Source: Dimorphilus gyrociliatus
Taxonomy: Eukaryota; Animalia; Annelida
Direction of reading: 5' to 3'
Assembly: GCA_904063045.1 (NCBI GenBank)
Contig: CAJFCJ010000002.1
Span: 868,001 to 932,000, forward strand
Length of the DNA stretch: 64,000 nucleotides
Shown: positions 15,001 to 28,227 of the stretch, piece after piece
Numbering within the stretch: position 1 is the stretch's first letter
How the letters are laid out: the number at the start of each line of letters is the position of its first letter
The notes under the pieces: model-generated
Seen by the model: the letters and a program-made list of their open reading frames with translations, nothing else
Databases searched by the model: none
What the model was told of the DNA's origin: nothing
Translations under genes and position numbers: made by a program

Positions 15001-18000
15001 TTCTTTAGCCAGGATACGTGAGTAGAAGCCAATTTAAAATATTCGTCCCATTTAAGTTGACGTTCCTGAAAAACCTTGCCATGAAATATAAAATATAAGA
15101 GCAAATTAACTAACATTATCTCGAATTGATTGTTCGACGCTTGGTACGTCTGGGAAGACATCGTACAGAGATGATACATAAGTCATGAGAGTTCTCTCGT
15201 CGGGATGATCCATATCAACATCTGAAAAAAATTTAACTTTTTCATTTGTTTCCCTAAATAACTTGACAAACCTTCTGGATCGAGAATTTTGGTAACACCA
15301 AATTCTTTCTCAGCTAGATCAAAAGCCATTTTAAGGTTTTCTCTTGCGCTATTTTTCCTGATACTACGGAAATCTATGAGGTCAGGTCTGGAAAATTTTC
15401 ATGTAAATCAACCAAACGGCAAAAAGTGGTTTTAATTTGTACATTCACACTTGACAAAATTGTCTAGAGATGTAAGTATAGCTAAAAAAAACTCTTACCT
15501 ATGTCTGTGAATAATTGATAGAAATGCTTTTCCATCTCTCCAAGATGAAGAGAAGTCTTTAACATTCACACCTGGATAACCGTGAACTATTCTTCTACTC
15601 CAAAGAAGAAGAGCTTCTCTGGCTGAAACGTCAGTTGTAGGACCAGAAACAACGTCTGCAATCTGATAATAAAATCTCTAAGTAATACAATTTTGCAGGA
15701 AATCCAAATATAAGTGTTTAATCTTGACATACACAGTAAGCTTACGATCAGAGCTTTGTAACTTTGAAAAATTTCATTCGAAATCAAACACAGGTCGATA
15801 TACAGGCCTAAATTTACTTTTATTTTCCTATCAGATCAAAGGTTGTAAACTATTTCAAAAAAATAATACCCGGTTAGACGAATAAATCAATTTTATATTG
15901 AAAAACTACCTTTCCCATATCTATCCTATTAATATATTTACTCTAACTGATATAATTAGTATGTTATCTATCGTTATGAATCAACTTACACATAAATTGG
16001 TCTTAATCTACTTTAAAAACAATAAAACTTTGACTGAATATTTGTGGGAGCAATTCTGAAATTTCTTTAATATCATTTATTATGAATTATATATTCGCTA
16101 GATAACGGTGTGATAATTTGTTTAATAAAGTTATTTATCTTTACCAAAAATATTTAGTCCTATTTTAAATTAGCAATTAAAACATATATTGTGCTATTAC
16201 ACAGGCAGCCAACCAGCAGTTGTTTATCATCAATAAAATAAGTCACTGCTTGACATATAATCATTAAATTTAATAATATAATATTAAAATAAAACAATAA
16301 AGTATCCCCGAAAATTAAAATGATAGCTCCTGTTTTTATTCCGGAAAAAGAATAATACGAAAATTTTTACAGATCATAGTGTTCTCTCGGCTATACTGTC
16401 AAACAGACTGTGTTCAAAAATCAATAATATTTTTCGAAAAAGAGCCCAGTAGTAAAGTATGAAATCTTAGAAATTATTCTAGAAACTAAACCTTTTTCAA
16501 TCAAAAAAGCGAAATATGCCTCTCAGGAAATTCCTAGGAAAATTGACAAAACATACAGGAAAACAAACTACCAGATATCACTAAAAATTCACAATTCAGA
16601 AATGAGTAGCACAAATTTCACCCAACATGCATTTTGATCAATAAAATGGCCTACGAGCTATATCTATGAGTTGCATTTGTTCAATCTCTTAGTTTTAGAT
16701 TTTTGTCAATATGAATTTTACTTCTCGTAAATGAAGCGAATAAGTGACTTTTTTAGCCGACTTGATAATCCTTGTAAAAGTTATGCTTTGGCTATTGGTT
16801 TATTTCAATGTATAAAATACCTTTGCATTCTCTGTTACAGGAGCATTTTCGTTTGTAGAGCTAACCAAGCTACATAAACTGGAATATTTTCTAGCAAAAA
16901 ATCTACTGGTTGTTCTCAAAGACGTAAATGGCGGTGTTCTAGGCGCACTCAACTTTGAAACGTTCTTCAAACTAATTTTATCCTTCTTTTTCTTACGCTT
17001 TCCTCCACAACCGCAAAATAAACTAGCCATTTGTTGCACGATAAGTTAAAAGTTGTCCGGCACGCGGTCTAATTTTACCACAGGTATTATATGCTATCCA
17101 ATTCTTATCGGTATATTTTATCAGTTTGGCAAGTACAATGTTTGTACATATGCCGAATACCTTATCAAACGACGAGCAAATGTCAATTTGATTCTTTGAT
17201 ATTTCGTCAATAGCTGGATAAAACAATGATAATGTAGGATATTTGGTAGCAAACCAGCTGTTTGCTTCCTACAGAGAAGAAGGCCAGGAAAATACCTATA
17301 CCGATAGTGACTCACAGAGGGATTTATTTTGGAGATTTACAATTTCTTGTACAGCTTTTAAAATTCCAAACCATACTACTGTTATATATGTTTTAGAACC
17401 AGTTTCTGCAGCAAAATCAGCTTGTAATATTCCAATGGGGAGAATTAAAACAAGATAAATTATCTTCGCTTTCTATATTTTGATTCTGTTACATTCAGGA
17501 CAGGGCCTGTAAGATTGACAATTGCTTTTTTTCACGCAGTTTTTACAATCATTATACGAACTTATTCAAGTAACCTTACAAAGCCGTCTAGGTAAAACTT
17601 TCATTGTATATGGTTCGTCTACTATCTAGGTTAGCATTCAAGTAAAAGGCAAAAATTTAATACGAGTTACCTTATTTTTACGAGTAGCCTAGTAAATTCA
17701 TTTATAAAATAGTCGATTAACAGACAAAAAAAAATATAATGGAAACGCATTTTTATATGTCGATCAAGACCGTCTGGTGCCAAACAAACTATAATTACTC
17801 TGCCGACCTTAACAAAAGGAGTAATATTTTTAATATTATTTGCTTATTCGCTGATGTTTTTTACCTTAGTTTCATTATCTCTAATTGGGTCATTGGATTC
17901 ACTCGAAGATGAATCAATCTCTACTCCTATACGGATGAGATCATGAGACCGGTTGCTATTTTTAAAATCCTCTTCGCCACCTAGCGGGCTATTGGGGGAC

Positions 18001-21000
18001 GAATCGTAAGCCCCTACTTTTCTATATCTTCTTGCACCGCAAAAACATCCCATAAAGGATGAGCAACTACATGGCTTTGCTATGCTATTTTTGTCGGAGA
18101 CATTCAGTTCAGCAACGTCTTCAAAGTTTGTCGAACCAGTTAACCATCGATCCTCTTTCCAGTTTTCTTTTTTCCAAATTGTATCAGCAGATGATGAAGC
18201 AGACAATGGTCGTCGAAATCTTTGGGGTAATTTTGAAAATTTCACTCTTCGTTTTGTTCTGGTAGGGTTAACTGGCGTCGGTGACTTTCGACCAGACATC
18301 ACTCTCCTGATATATCAGCTATATAATCACAATTACAGCGAGATATTCCCTAAGATTTTATGATTTGAACAAAACAGTCAGAAACTGAAACAGCAAATGT
18401 AGATAACTTTGTGAGTCAGTCGACATATGTAAAATAACGTCTCCAGGCCTACTATGAACACAGAGTAAATCAATACATAATGCCAGGCATGCGTTTACTG
18501 CAGCACGTGGAACCGAAATGTCCAACTTTGCTTATTGCAGGCCCGATCATGTGACTCAAAATATTTGAGCAGACCAATTAACAATGAAAAGTAAATAAGA
18601 ACAGTAACACAGAACTCAATAAAAGAACCTACACGTTTGAAGAAAAAACGAAACACTGATGTACTTCGACGACGTAGCATTTTCTTTTAAAAATTCAATT
18701 TTTAAATTTGGATCTATCTGAGAAGTTTGAAAGCATTTGGTAGTATCTATATGTTGATTTGACCACCTTCGTATATTATAACCTAAAGTTATTTTCTTTC
18801 CTAAACGTAAGGTATATATTCATGCAATCACCAGACTTTTTCTCGACTATATTGCAAGTATTTTTGGCAGGCGATCCTGTTATACTCTCAACTGAAAAGC
18901 TTTTTTAGGTACTGTGGCAACATAGAAGAGTCTATTTGAGCTCGCAGCAGGCCAGATGATATAAGCCAGTACACGTTGATTTTTCGATTTCAATAGCAAC
19001 ATTCCTCCGTAGGCCATTTTATTTTCGATTACTTTGAATTCCGTACCGGAAATATTGTTTCAGTGAATCACAATAAGATATCAAATAACACCTGAAAATG
19101 ATTAAAAATTGGCACTCCTCCTTATATCACTTATTGGTGAAGAGGCGCTAAATTTCTTGACGCCTACGCATTCAACAAATCTATATTAGTTTAGCACATT
19201 GGAAAATATTAGCAATTCCTGAAGGCATTATTTTATAAAAAAAAAAAAAGGATATACTTGATGCACTTTAAGTAAAACTTTTGACTACGTATTGCATATA
19301 TTTTTCACATATTCAACTTTATAGTATATTTGCAATATATTTCTTTTACTTCTGTAACAAAAATTATTTTATCTTGAATCACGAAATATTTTTGCAAAAT
19401 TTTTTAATTTTCTTGTCTGATTTCTCTTTTGACTAATATTTTTTTATAATACACTATAATATACTATTCAGCATTGAGCATAAAAGGTTATGTTGTTCAC
19501 GTTGTTTACTCACGTGACCTCTGGTCACACAAAAATTCACATAAACTCACGCAACAATTGACGAACACTTGTTTGTACAATCATTACTCAATGATAAGTA
19601 TGAATTACAGAAAACATAATATCGATTTCATTTAAAGAGAATATGATTGATAAAGTAATTCTAAAGACTAGATTAATGAAACCTGAAAACTAACGATTAA
19701 AAAATAAACAGCAGCAAAAAAATTACATTGATACCTGCAACATACCGTTTTTTTTTAAAGTTATCTGGTAATGAAAATAAAATGTAAATCGATATTTCTG
19801 CAATTTAATCAATAACTATAATTTTTTTCAGCAGTCAACACGTTTCGAACCCCATTAAATAGTTATGAATATAAATGTTGCTTATAAAAGCTGCCATGAC
19901 TAGCATACAAAATGGAAAATTTTACTTCAACTAAAGAAATTTTTGTCAAGTTTAAACGTGTTCCATTTATTTATACCCCTAAGAAGTGGTATGAAAGAAT
20001 ACTCGATTTTCTACCCTATATTCGTATCCTAATTTTTCAAGATAAAAATTAAACAGATATCTGCTAACACTTACCCTTCGTCGAGTCACTATTTCAGCTT
20101 TCTTAGATAAAAATGAGTAAATATATTCCCGAAATATCCCTCTTTTATAACGATAGCGAGCATAAGTGAACACACTCCCAACATCTTCGGGAGCCAAATG
20201 TCTTTCACTGGACCAAAGCGAATGCAATGAATTGGTCCTCATCAAACTAAAGTTATCAGAATTCGTTGCATTTAAGTCACATACAGACTTCCATTTTTGT
20301 TTATACATTCTTAAATCAGTGGGTATTGAGGTGGGTCTCTGACCACTTGTATTTAAAACATTTGAAAAAGAAGAACTTCTATTTAAATTTGCTGGCTTTA
20401 TTTGTATGTTATCAGCAGTCAGATCAGTTGCAGATGTTGTTCGAGGTAAAGATAGTGCTAGGGATGATTTACCCACATTAGCTAAATCTTGAAGAGAGGG
20501 TTCCCTTTCTGGCTTGTACATAATAGGTTGAGTGTTTCGTCGCTGTCTTTCCTGTCGAATCCTTCTTACTCGTCTCTCCATGATTTCATTTACTTAGTAC
20601 CAAAATCAACACTAAAAAGTATCCGTTCGTGGAATACCCACCACAACGCATTTACACAATTTTAAAATGTATAATCAGTAAAATGACAAAATAATTATAT
20701 GTCAATAGAAGTAAAATGCACAAGATATATATAGCCTATCCGAATGAAAGAAGTGCTTACAGGCAAGAGCGCAAACATGAATGGTGACTTCAACGTAGAG
20801 AAAACTATATTTAGATTCTTAAGTAGGTGGCGCTTAGGGCCAAGGTATTATTATTGACAATCGCCGAGTGTTGAATGATATTATTATGAAATTTGACCTA
20901 AAGTTATGCATACCTAAGCAACGTAACAATGAAAAATTTTAAAGATTTTTTCATTTTTCTTAGACAGTTAGTTAGATGCAAAAAAAATAAACACCAATAC

Positions 21001-23966
21001 AACAAATAACATCAAATAAACATGAGATATTGGTCTGCTGTCTTTAAGTTGTAATAAAATAACGATCGAAAAATCCTTTTCGAAAATAATATATATGTAT
21101 ATACAGCATATAACTATGCGATCAACTTTAGCACTGTAGCCTGCCTTTATTCCTTTAAATTAATCATACCTTACTTGAATAAAGCAAGATTGATATGGAA
21201 AAGGCTTAAATATTTGAATGCAAATTGTTTTTCCATCCAACTAGGCATTTCATTTTAAACCTTACAATTCAATTCAATTTAAAATGGAACTAGTACAACC
21301 TTTGATCATTAAAACATCATCTCATTTGCTTAAAAACTACTGGATTCAATAAGGATAATTGTAAAATATCTATATCAATATTAAATAGTTACAATTATAG
21401 GCAAATATATGATTTATTTGAGTATTTTCTTAGTACGTGGGAATCTTTTGTCGCTCTAATCATATATTTTGATGAAGAGATCTTGAAAACTTAAAATATC
21501 TTCTTCTCGTATATTATATTACACTCGATAAAATACCAAAAAAAAAATTCTTAAAAACTTACTTGATAATGAAGAATAATTGTCCAAATTAAACCCAACG
21601 TTAATTTTGGATTTCCGTCTACTATTTCGTCCGCTCTTATATTCACCAATTTTATCTGTAAAACAGAGATCTTTAGAGTAATGGACTATGAATAGTAGTG
21701 AACGATTAAATCGAACTGCACAACGTGCCTTTCGTGTTTACATTGCCCTTTATTTTATACAGCGGAATATTTGTTTCATCGCCGACTTAAAGACCAGTAT
21801 AAGAGAGCAAGCAAAACAAATAGCATACCTGTCTTTTTACTTGCAAGTACCTAAGAACGATCTGCACGTTCTGCTGCTTATGAAAGCGCATATTTCCCCT
21901 TTCTCGAGGCTATGGAGATCAGATCAATAATAAAGAGCATTAAAGAATTGAATGAGAAAAAGTTACAAACCAAAACATCGCGAGATAGTACTTCAATTAA
22001 GGCTATTAGGTTATGGCCGTCGCGTAAGTCGTCAAATAAATCTCGTACCACCTTATGTCGCTTTAAAAATGAAATAAATATTATTAATACTTCCAAGTTC
22101 TAGGACCATTTTAAACACAACAGTTGACAAGTTTTTCTAAAATTGAAACATAGATAACAAAATAATATAAATGAATAAGTAATACAGTTAAAACTTAAAT
22201 GTTTGGTAAGTTTACATGCTTGAAATGAATAAAATGTAAAATTTTCAAAGGAATATACTCAAAATGTTTAATATAAATCTCTAATACACAACCTTGTAGA
22301 ACCTCCAGTGCTGTGTGTATAAGGAGGGAATGATTAAGAAACTTCAAAATTTTTATAAGGATAAGTTGTTAAATACTACAGCAAAAACCGAATATCTTTA
22401 GCTCCATCAGAGGTTTATTCTATTAATTTAACTTTAAAGAACCACTAAGTCACACCTAAAAACCGCCTAATCTTATAATTTCAGAACAGAAATGCCCTAT
22501 TTTCTCTAAAATAATTTAAATAATATTTGTTGTTAAACAATAAATTATAATTAGTTACTATACTGTACACTCTAAAGGAATTAAGAAGCGATATTGAGTT
22601 ACTATTTTTTTTATAAAGCTGTAGTGCCATCTCTTATGCATTTAAATTTTATCCAATAAAAATTTTCATACCACTCGTAATCACTTCCTAAACAATTCTT
22701 CTTTGTTTGAAATTATGCATACGCTCTGAGCTAATCTCAATTCACATTAATATTAAATTTTTTAAATTATCGCCTTAACAGAAAACTGTATTTAAAGCAT
22801 AACTGATAACCTCTGCTTTATATTATTAAACAATTATCAATATTTGTTCGCTTTATTAGTAATTTTAACAGATAGGGCTTGAATTTCTCACTGTATCTTA
22901 AGTCTGATCAAAAAAAGCTAAAGATAAACTTGAAATTTTACAGATCTCTACCCTATTCACATATTATCGATTAACTGCAAAGAAAAAAAGGCGATGGTAC
23001 TATAAAAGAATTAGATAAATCAAATACAAGCCAATGCGAATATGTCTAAATAGGGCACGCAGTATAAATAAAATTCTGCGGTATATTCTGTGAAGCCGTT
23101 TTGTGCCTACTGAATAATATAAAAATTTAAACAAAGTTTGATATTTCAATTAGTAGAGAATAATTACACATTTGAAGTCAGCGGGAGAGACAATAAAATA
23201 ACAATATTTTATCATGAGGCACGGTTAAAGAAAGTTTCTTGTTGGACGAGAAATATTAAATCTATTTGTTACTATAAGTCATCAGTCTTGACAAAACTAA
23301 TCATTTATCTTACCTTAATCAAATGTTTGTTTACCCATTTAGTGAAAGCTTTCTTTTGAACTGTATCACGCTCATCTGAAACAAATATTTTTTGTTTTCG
23401 AAAGTTTTCTTATAGAAGAATTAAATTAAACATAGCAAAAATTCTTGCGAGCGCTACATTTGATTGACATTTTTGTTTTCAATCTGACTAATATATTGAC
23501 TAACCGGCATCTTTTCGGCGATTATCCTCATAACATTCACTCGGATTCAACAACAAACGATACATTACTTTCTCGCCCTTTAAAAACTACTTTGATTCAC
23601 AGCACAGTTGTAGCGGCCTGAAACCGGCCTACTAAGACAGTCTATTCAGAGGCGTTTCAAGAATATTGAAAAATATATATTCCCCTTACTGATAAAGGTT
23701 TGTTGTAGATGAATATTAGGCCGATTCAAGATGGCTGAATTGCCAGGTGTTAACATTCGTTAACAGATGGAACAGACAAAATATTGACTATCAAATGCAG
23801 CTATGATGTCGCTTTCATTCTGAATAATACATTTTGAATTACTTTTACCTGCTATTTGCAACACAGCTCGATCTACAGGATCAAGTTGTAGGATGGATAA
23901 AGGTAGAGGACTATCTCGACCATATTTATCTTTAAACCAGTGAAAAGATTTATCCATTTTTTTCAT
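1..23966 (-). CDS. DST/MACF1: Spectraplakin (dystonin/MACF1/short stop family), 5' part. It has a tandem CH actin-binding domain, a plakin domain with SH3 and plectin repeats, and continues past the window's left edge.
   Basis: Inferred exons in transcription order: 23849-23966 (..[12 protein letters not shown]), 23314-23375 ([21 protein letters not shown]), 21971-22060, 21829-21909, 21563-21655 ([18 protein letters not shown]), 15499-15662 (CH2, SWRDGKAF), 15272-15387, 15115-15221 ([14 protein letters not shown]), 14946-15065, 14794-14889, 12982-13115, 12837-12930, 12301-12777, 12175-12252, 11961-12122, 11776-11880, 11624-11719, 11442-11555, 10968-11384 (SH3, [11 protein letters not shown]), 10586-10903, 10221-10526, 9817-10164, 9675-9758, 9363-9572, 739-9310, <1-674. 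All junctions are GT-AG and phase-consistent. Confidence 0.95.
739..9310 (-). repeat. Single 8572-bp exon encoding a long array of degenerate plectin (plakin) repeats
   Basis: The 2875-aa ORF contains dozens of units like DPxTGExIS(L/I)xEAIxxG(L/I)ID. Acceptor TTTCAG at 9311; donor GTAAGT at 738. More repeats resume in exon <1-674. Confidence 0.92.
13833..13853. repeat. (AT)n microsatellite
   Basis: About 10 perfect AT units, intronic. Confidence 0.9.
13979..14143 (-). CDS. Candidate internal alternative first exon of the spectraplakin, with a transmembrane segment
   Basis: ATG at 14143, 55 codons ending [21 protein letters not shown], then a GTGAGT donor in phase 0 matching the acceptor at 13116. 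It lies in an unusually long 1.7-kb intron. Confidence 0.45.
16839..17030 (-). CDS. Alternative first exon of the spectraplakin (CH1-less isoform), starting [18 protein letters not shown]
   Basis: ATG at 17030, 64 open codons, donor GTAACA in phase 0 matching the CH2 exon at 15662. Confidence 0.65.
17865..18680 (-). CDS. Alternative two-exon N-terminus of the spectraplakin (18499-18680 plus 17865-18306), with a transmembrane segment
   Basis: ATG at 18680; hydrophobic stretch [22 protein letters not shown]. The phase-2 donor CA|GTAAAC at 18498 fits acceptor ATCAG|G at 18307 in frame with the 17844-18302 ORF. That ORF ends at a phase-0 donor AAG|GTAAAA at 17864, matching the CH2 exon. Confidence 0.6.
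20075..20581 (-). CDS. Alternative first exon of the spectraplakin (169 aa, Ser/Arg-rich, CH1-less isoform)
   Basis: ATG at 20581; open frame to AGG|GTAAGT at 20074, phase 0, matching the CH2 exon. Confidence 0.7.
20824..20833 (+). promoter_or_regulatory. CTCF-like motif TAGGTGGCGC
   Basis: Matches the CTCF core YAGRKGGCGC; lies in the spectraplakin CH1-CH2 intron. Confidence 0.5.
23505..23565 (-). CDS. Short alternative first exon of the spectraplakin ([20 protein letters not shown])
   Basis: ATG at 23565; phase-1 donor G|GTTAGT at 23504 matches the phase-1 acceptor of the DERD exon (23375). Confidence 0.5.
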
Positions 23967-25263
23967 AAATTAATTGCATTTCTTTGCTTCTTTTTCTGTA
24001 GAGAAATAGAAAATGTATTTTACAATTACGGTACAGTAATATAGTCTTTATAACATATTTCAATACCAATTAAATATGAAACATAAATCAGATATGATTT
24101 AATAAAAGTAAAACTAAATGGCGCGAAATAAAAGTACCCAATAAAAACGGTGAGCATTCGATACATAACAACCTAAAAACTCATGTCCTATTAATCAAAA
24201 AATGTTCGAGGATATAATAATGATTACTTTTCTTAATCATCAAGTTTTAGCGTTCAATTATAATAAAATTCTTGTTAGCACCTGCATGGCGTTTTCTTTT
24301 GTTGAAACAAAGAGCTTTATCCTAGCGAAAACAGCCGGGTTGGGTTGTAACAGTAATTTTATCAGCAAGTTTTATTTTATTTCATTAAGTTAACAATAAA
24401 TACTCTGATAAAGAAAATCATGGCTATTATTCATTAAAGATAATACAACCCTTTTGGATAAATACACCCACGATTCAAATTACTATAATGTTATATTGGG
24501 TTAAAATAAATATAGATTTACGGAAGTAAGTGATATAATTGAAAATACCAGGCAAGCAATCTTTCCTTAAAAGCAAGTATTATAGTCATGATTTATCGCA
24601 GTTTAATGAGGCAGTTATTTTACATTGAAGAAATAATTTGTAATTTTATTACTATTTTCTCATAAAGAAAAGTCTTTAAATGTGACTTCAAATAATAAGT
24701 ACAAAACCGTTTATTAATATTTACCATGAGTAAGACACATATTTAAATTTTCAATAGACATACTGCAACACATAACACATACTCCTTTTCACATCACTTG
24801 CGTGTTCACAAAAACTGAACCAAGACAGTCTTCCCTTAGCAAAAAGCACATTGGAAGGCTCAATGAGTAGGTAAAAACTCAGACATGTTTTATTTTTCTC
24901 ACGTTATTTATAGACAGACATAAAACCTATAAAACTGTTGTCTATCATTGACTAACATTCTATCGTATAGACTAAAACTTTTATAGCCGTAAGTTGTCCA
25001 TATATAATATTATTGTAAAAGTTCAAGAAATTGGAAAAGTAATAAACAACAGAAACTAACATCACCACCGAAAACCGACACCTCTAAAAAATCTCTTTGA
25101 AGTTCTAATGAAATAACCATTACCAACAGTTTCATACTTGTAATCAACAAATTTAATACATACGATATATTTTAGTAATAAATATCCTTCAACAGAGTGA
25201 ATATAACAAATACTCTTGCTTAGACAGTCTTCGTTTCGGTCAATGCATTTTCAAGTACATATT

Positions 25264-25274
25264 GCGCCACCTAG
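25264..25274 (-). promoter_or_regulatory. CTCF-like motif CTAGGTGGCGC
   Basis: Intergenic, between SCP2 and the spectraplakin. Confidence 0.55.
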
Positions 25275-25674
25275 TTTGGTAGGCAATCTCAATACCTCAG
25301 TGTAAATATAATCCTAGTTGGTATCCAATTATTTCGTTATTTGACCCATTTAATGCTTCAATAACTTTGTGATTTACCGTTACAGTATATTTATATTATG
25401 ACGGATACTATTAAAAGGTTCATGAGCATTATTTTACCACTATTTAAATTTACTCTCAGCATTGTGACTGGTTATATGTAAAAAGTTCGTAAATTATCCT
25501 TTTAGTTTAACCAACCAAGTGTAGAGTATACAATTTCGTATCTTGATCCCAATTTAGCAGATGCAATTATTCTGCATTTATTATGAAATTGTAAATCATA
25601 AACAAGATATATGTTATGTTAAATCAGGTCTCATATGCAAATTCAATCATAAAAGTTAATTTTGATTAGTCTGA

Positions 25675-28227
25675 TCAAAGTTTTGCTTGAGCTTCTGATT
25701 GAAATTCCTTCAATTTCATTGCTAATCCCATGTTTCCTTTAATTTTTAGCTTTCCCTGAAAGAAAGCCTGTTGGGAATTTAACTGACCAAGCATTAGTTT
25801 TACTAAATCATTGTCGGATATGCTTATTGTAATATCTCCAGCTCCTGTAATGAAACAAATTTGTAAAACGTCGTAGAATTTAGTAAAAGTAACCTTTGTT
25901 CGTATAGTTCACAGAGCCTTTACCATTTTTGACATCCACTATCCATATTCCCTCTTTTCCCTGCTCATTTTTAACTTTAAAGCAATAGATTCCGTTAATC
26001 TTTTTAACATATTCTGCTCCGTTCTGAAATTTAGGCGAGAAGTGTTACAGTGAATAGATATTTATTCTACAACCGACTTTATTTAATTTTTCTTGTATTC
26101 TTTGAAATATTGCACGACTTTTGAAGTCAAAACCAGGTTCACTTGAAGATGTACCTGATGCCATTTGATTCTTTCTGTAAAATAAAATAAAAAATTCTTG
26201 TTACTTAATTAAGCAATTGCGTAGATAACCAAAAGGTAAATCATCAGGCACTGATAAAACTATTTTGAATTTCCTAGCCATTCTACTTTATTATATAATA
26301 TACTGGCAACTGTTTTATACAGTATATCATATCTTCTTATTTGGAAGCTATTTATTAAATTTTTTGATAAACACTTCAAATGTGTAGATAATATTAGAAT
26401 AAAGTTTACTACTTGACACTTACGATAGATTTGGAAATCCGTGACGATAAAGAGAAAGTACTGCTGCTCCGCCCAATCCCAAATTATGTTGTAAAGCCAA
26501 GCGAGCGTTTTTCACTTGTCTTTTTCCTGCATCTCCTCTTAATTGCCAACAGAGTTCTGCGCACTGAGCCAGTCCTTAAAGAATAATTTGAATTGGATTT
26601 TTTATATTTTGACATAATTTATACCTGTAGCTCCTAGTGGATGACCCTTCGAAATTAATCCACCACTTGGATTTATGACGAATTTTCCACCATATGTATT
26701 ATCTCCTTTGTCGATGAATTCTCCTGCTTTTCCCTCGGGGCATAAGCCCAATGCTTCGTAAGTTATCAATTCGTTCGCACTGAAGCAATCGTGAAGTTCA
26801 ATCACATCAATATCATCAGGTTGAATTTTAGCAATTTCATATATTTGTTCTGCAGCCTTCTTCGTTAAATCATAACCTATCTGAAACATACCTCATGAAC
26901 TTTGCTTAATTCTGCAATATATAAATTTATATAGATCAATAAACTAACTAGTTTCATGGAACTTTTATCTTTAAATGTACTTGGCATATCTGTTACCATA
27001 GTTTGAGCCACTATTTCTATTGCCTGATTTTGTAAATTGTGAGCTTTTACAAAGTCTTCACTTGCAAGTACCGCAGCAGCACTTCCATCAGATGTTGGAC
27101 TATTGACATATACATCTAAAAAATATCCCTGATGAAACAAAAAGATATATTTACCAGCATTGTAATTTTGTAAGAGGTCCATGCATTTTTTGGGAATCAA
27201 CGATTTGCTGTAGTGAATACTCTTCCCGAAATTGTGAGTAAGGATTGTTAACAGAATGTTTATGATTTTTATGGGCGACTTTCGAAAAATGAATTGGCTT
27301 TGTACCTAAATTATAGGACTACTTTAATTACAATTAAATTAAGTTTATAAATCACCATATTTTCTCATATGTTCTATTCCAGCATTACCAAACATTTGGC
27401 AAGTAATAGGTGCTGATGTCATATCTTCTAACTCGCACATCAACTCTACGTGTTTATCCATTGGATTTACTCGATCTGTGTGCTAAATATTAAAAATTTA
27501 TTTTAACTATTACAAAATTTATTATATATCTACCCCAATTTTAAGAGGACCTCTTTGCATCTTTTCGAAACCAATAGCAAGAACGCAGTCATTGAGTCCT
27601 ACTTAGAAACTGTTAGAAATATTTTAACAATACACTATTTTTCATACCTCCTTCGATAAACTGTCTAGCCATCATCAATGCTGTTGATCCAGTGGAGCAT
27701 GCATTATTTACCTATATTAAAGAAATTTATGAATAAATATAAGAATAACAGACAAACTAACGTTATAAACAGGTATTCCAGTAAGTCCAAGTTGGTAAAC
27801 TGCCCTTTGTCCACTGGTTGTATCACCATATACATAGCCAGCAACTGCTTGTTGAACTTTGTCATAAGGAATTTTAGCATCTTGAAGTGCTTTCTGACCT
27901 TAAGTTTCAAAGAATTTAATGATTATAGTACATGATATAATACGATTAAACGAAATAGTTACCAGCTTCTAAGGCCATATCTGGATAATCAAAGTTATCT
28001 CTTCTCCCTGGTTTTTCAAACTGAAAAAAATGAACTATATATTGAACTCTTGTTTAGATTGATATATTCTAAATGATACAATGACAGAGTTTGCAAAATA
28101 CAGTATACATCTAAAAAACTTTTATTTAGAAGATTTTTCTTGAAATATAATTGCTTACTTTAGTCATTCCAACTCCGATCACGTAAACCTTTCTTCTTTC
28201 AGTCATTGTTGTAGAGTTTGCCGCCAT
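25675..28227 (-). CDS. SCP2: Sterol carrier protein X (peroxisomal 3-ketoacyl-CoA thiolase fused to an SCP2 domain)
   Basis: 13 exons: 28159-28227, 27963-28020, 27762-27898, 27648-27711 (catalytic NNACSTGS), 27534-27598, 27356-27482, 27155-27305, 26949-27099, 26625-26880 ([24 protein letters not shown]), 26424-26574, 26078-26174, 25894-26023, 25675-25844 ([19 protein letters not shown]). Ends in the PTS1 tripeptide AKL*. Confidence 0.96.

Noticed and set aside
17243-17458. + strand 71-aa ORF and overlapping - frames in the spectraplakin intron
   Set aside because: No recognisable domain, and no ATG-to-donor path in the right phase.
21656-21828. Possible microexon within CH1 (analogous to plectin 2-alpha/3-alpha)
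   Set aside because: The only open AG..GT segment has mismatched phases and would frameshift.
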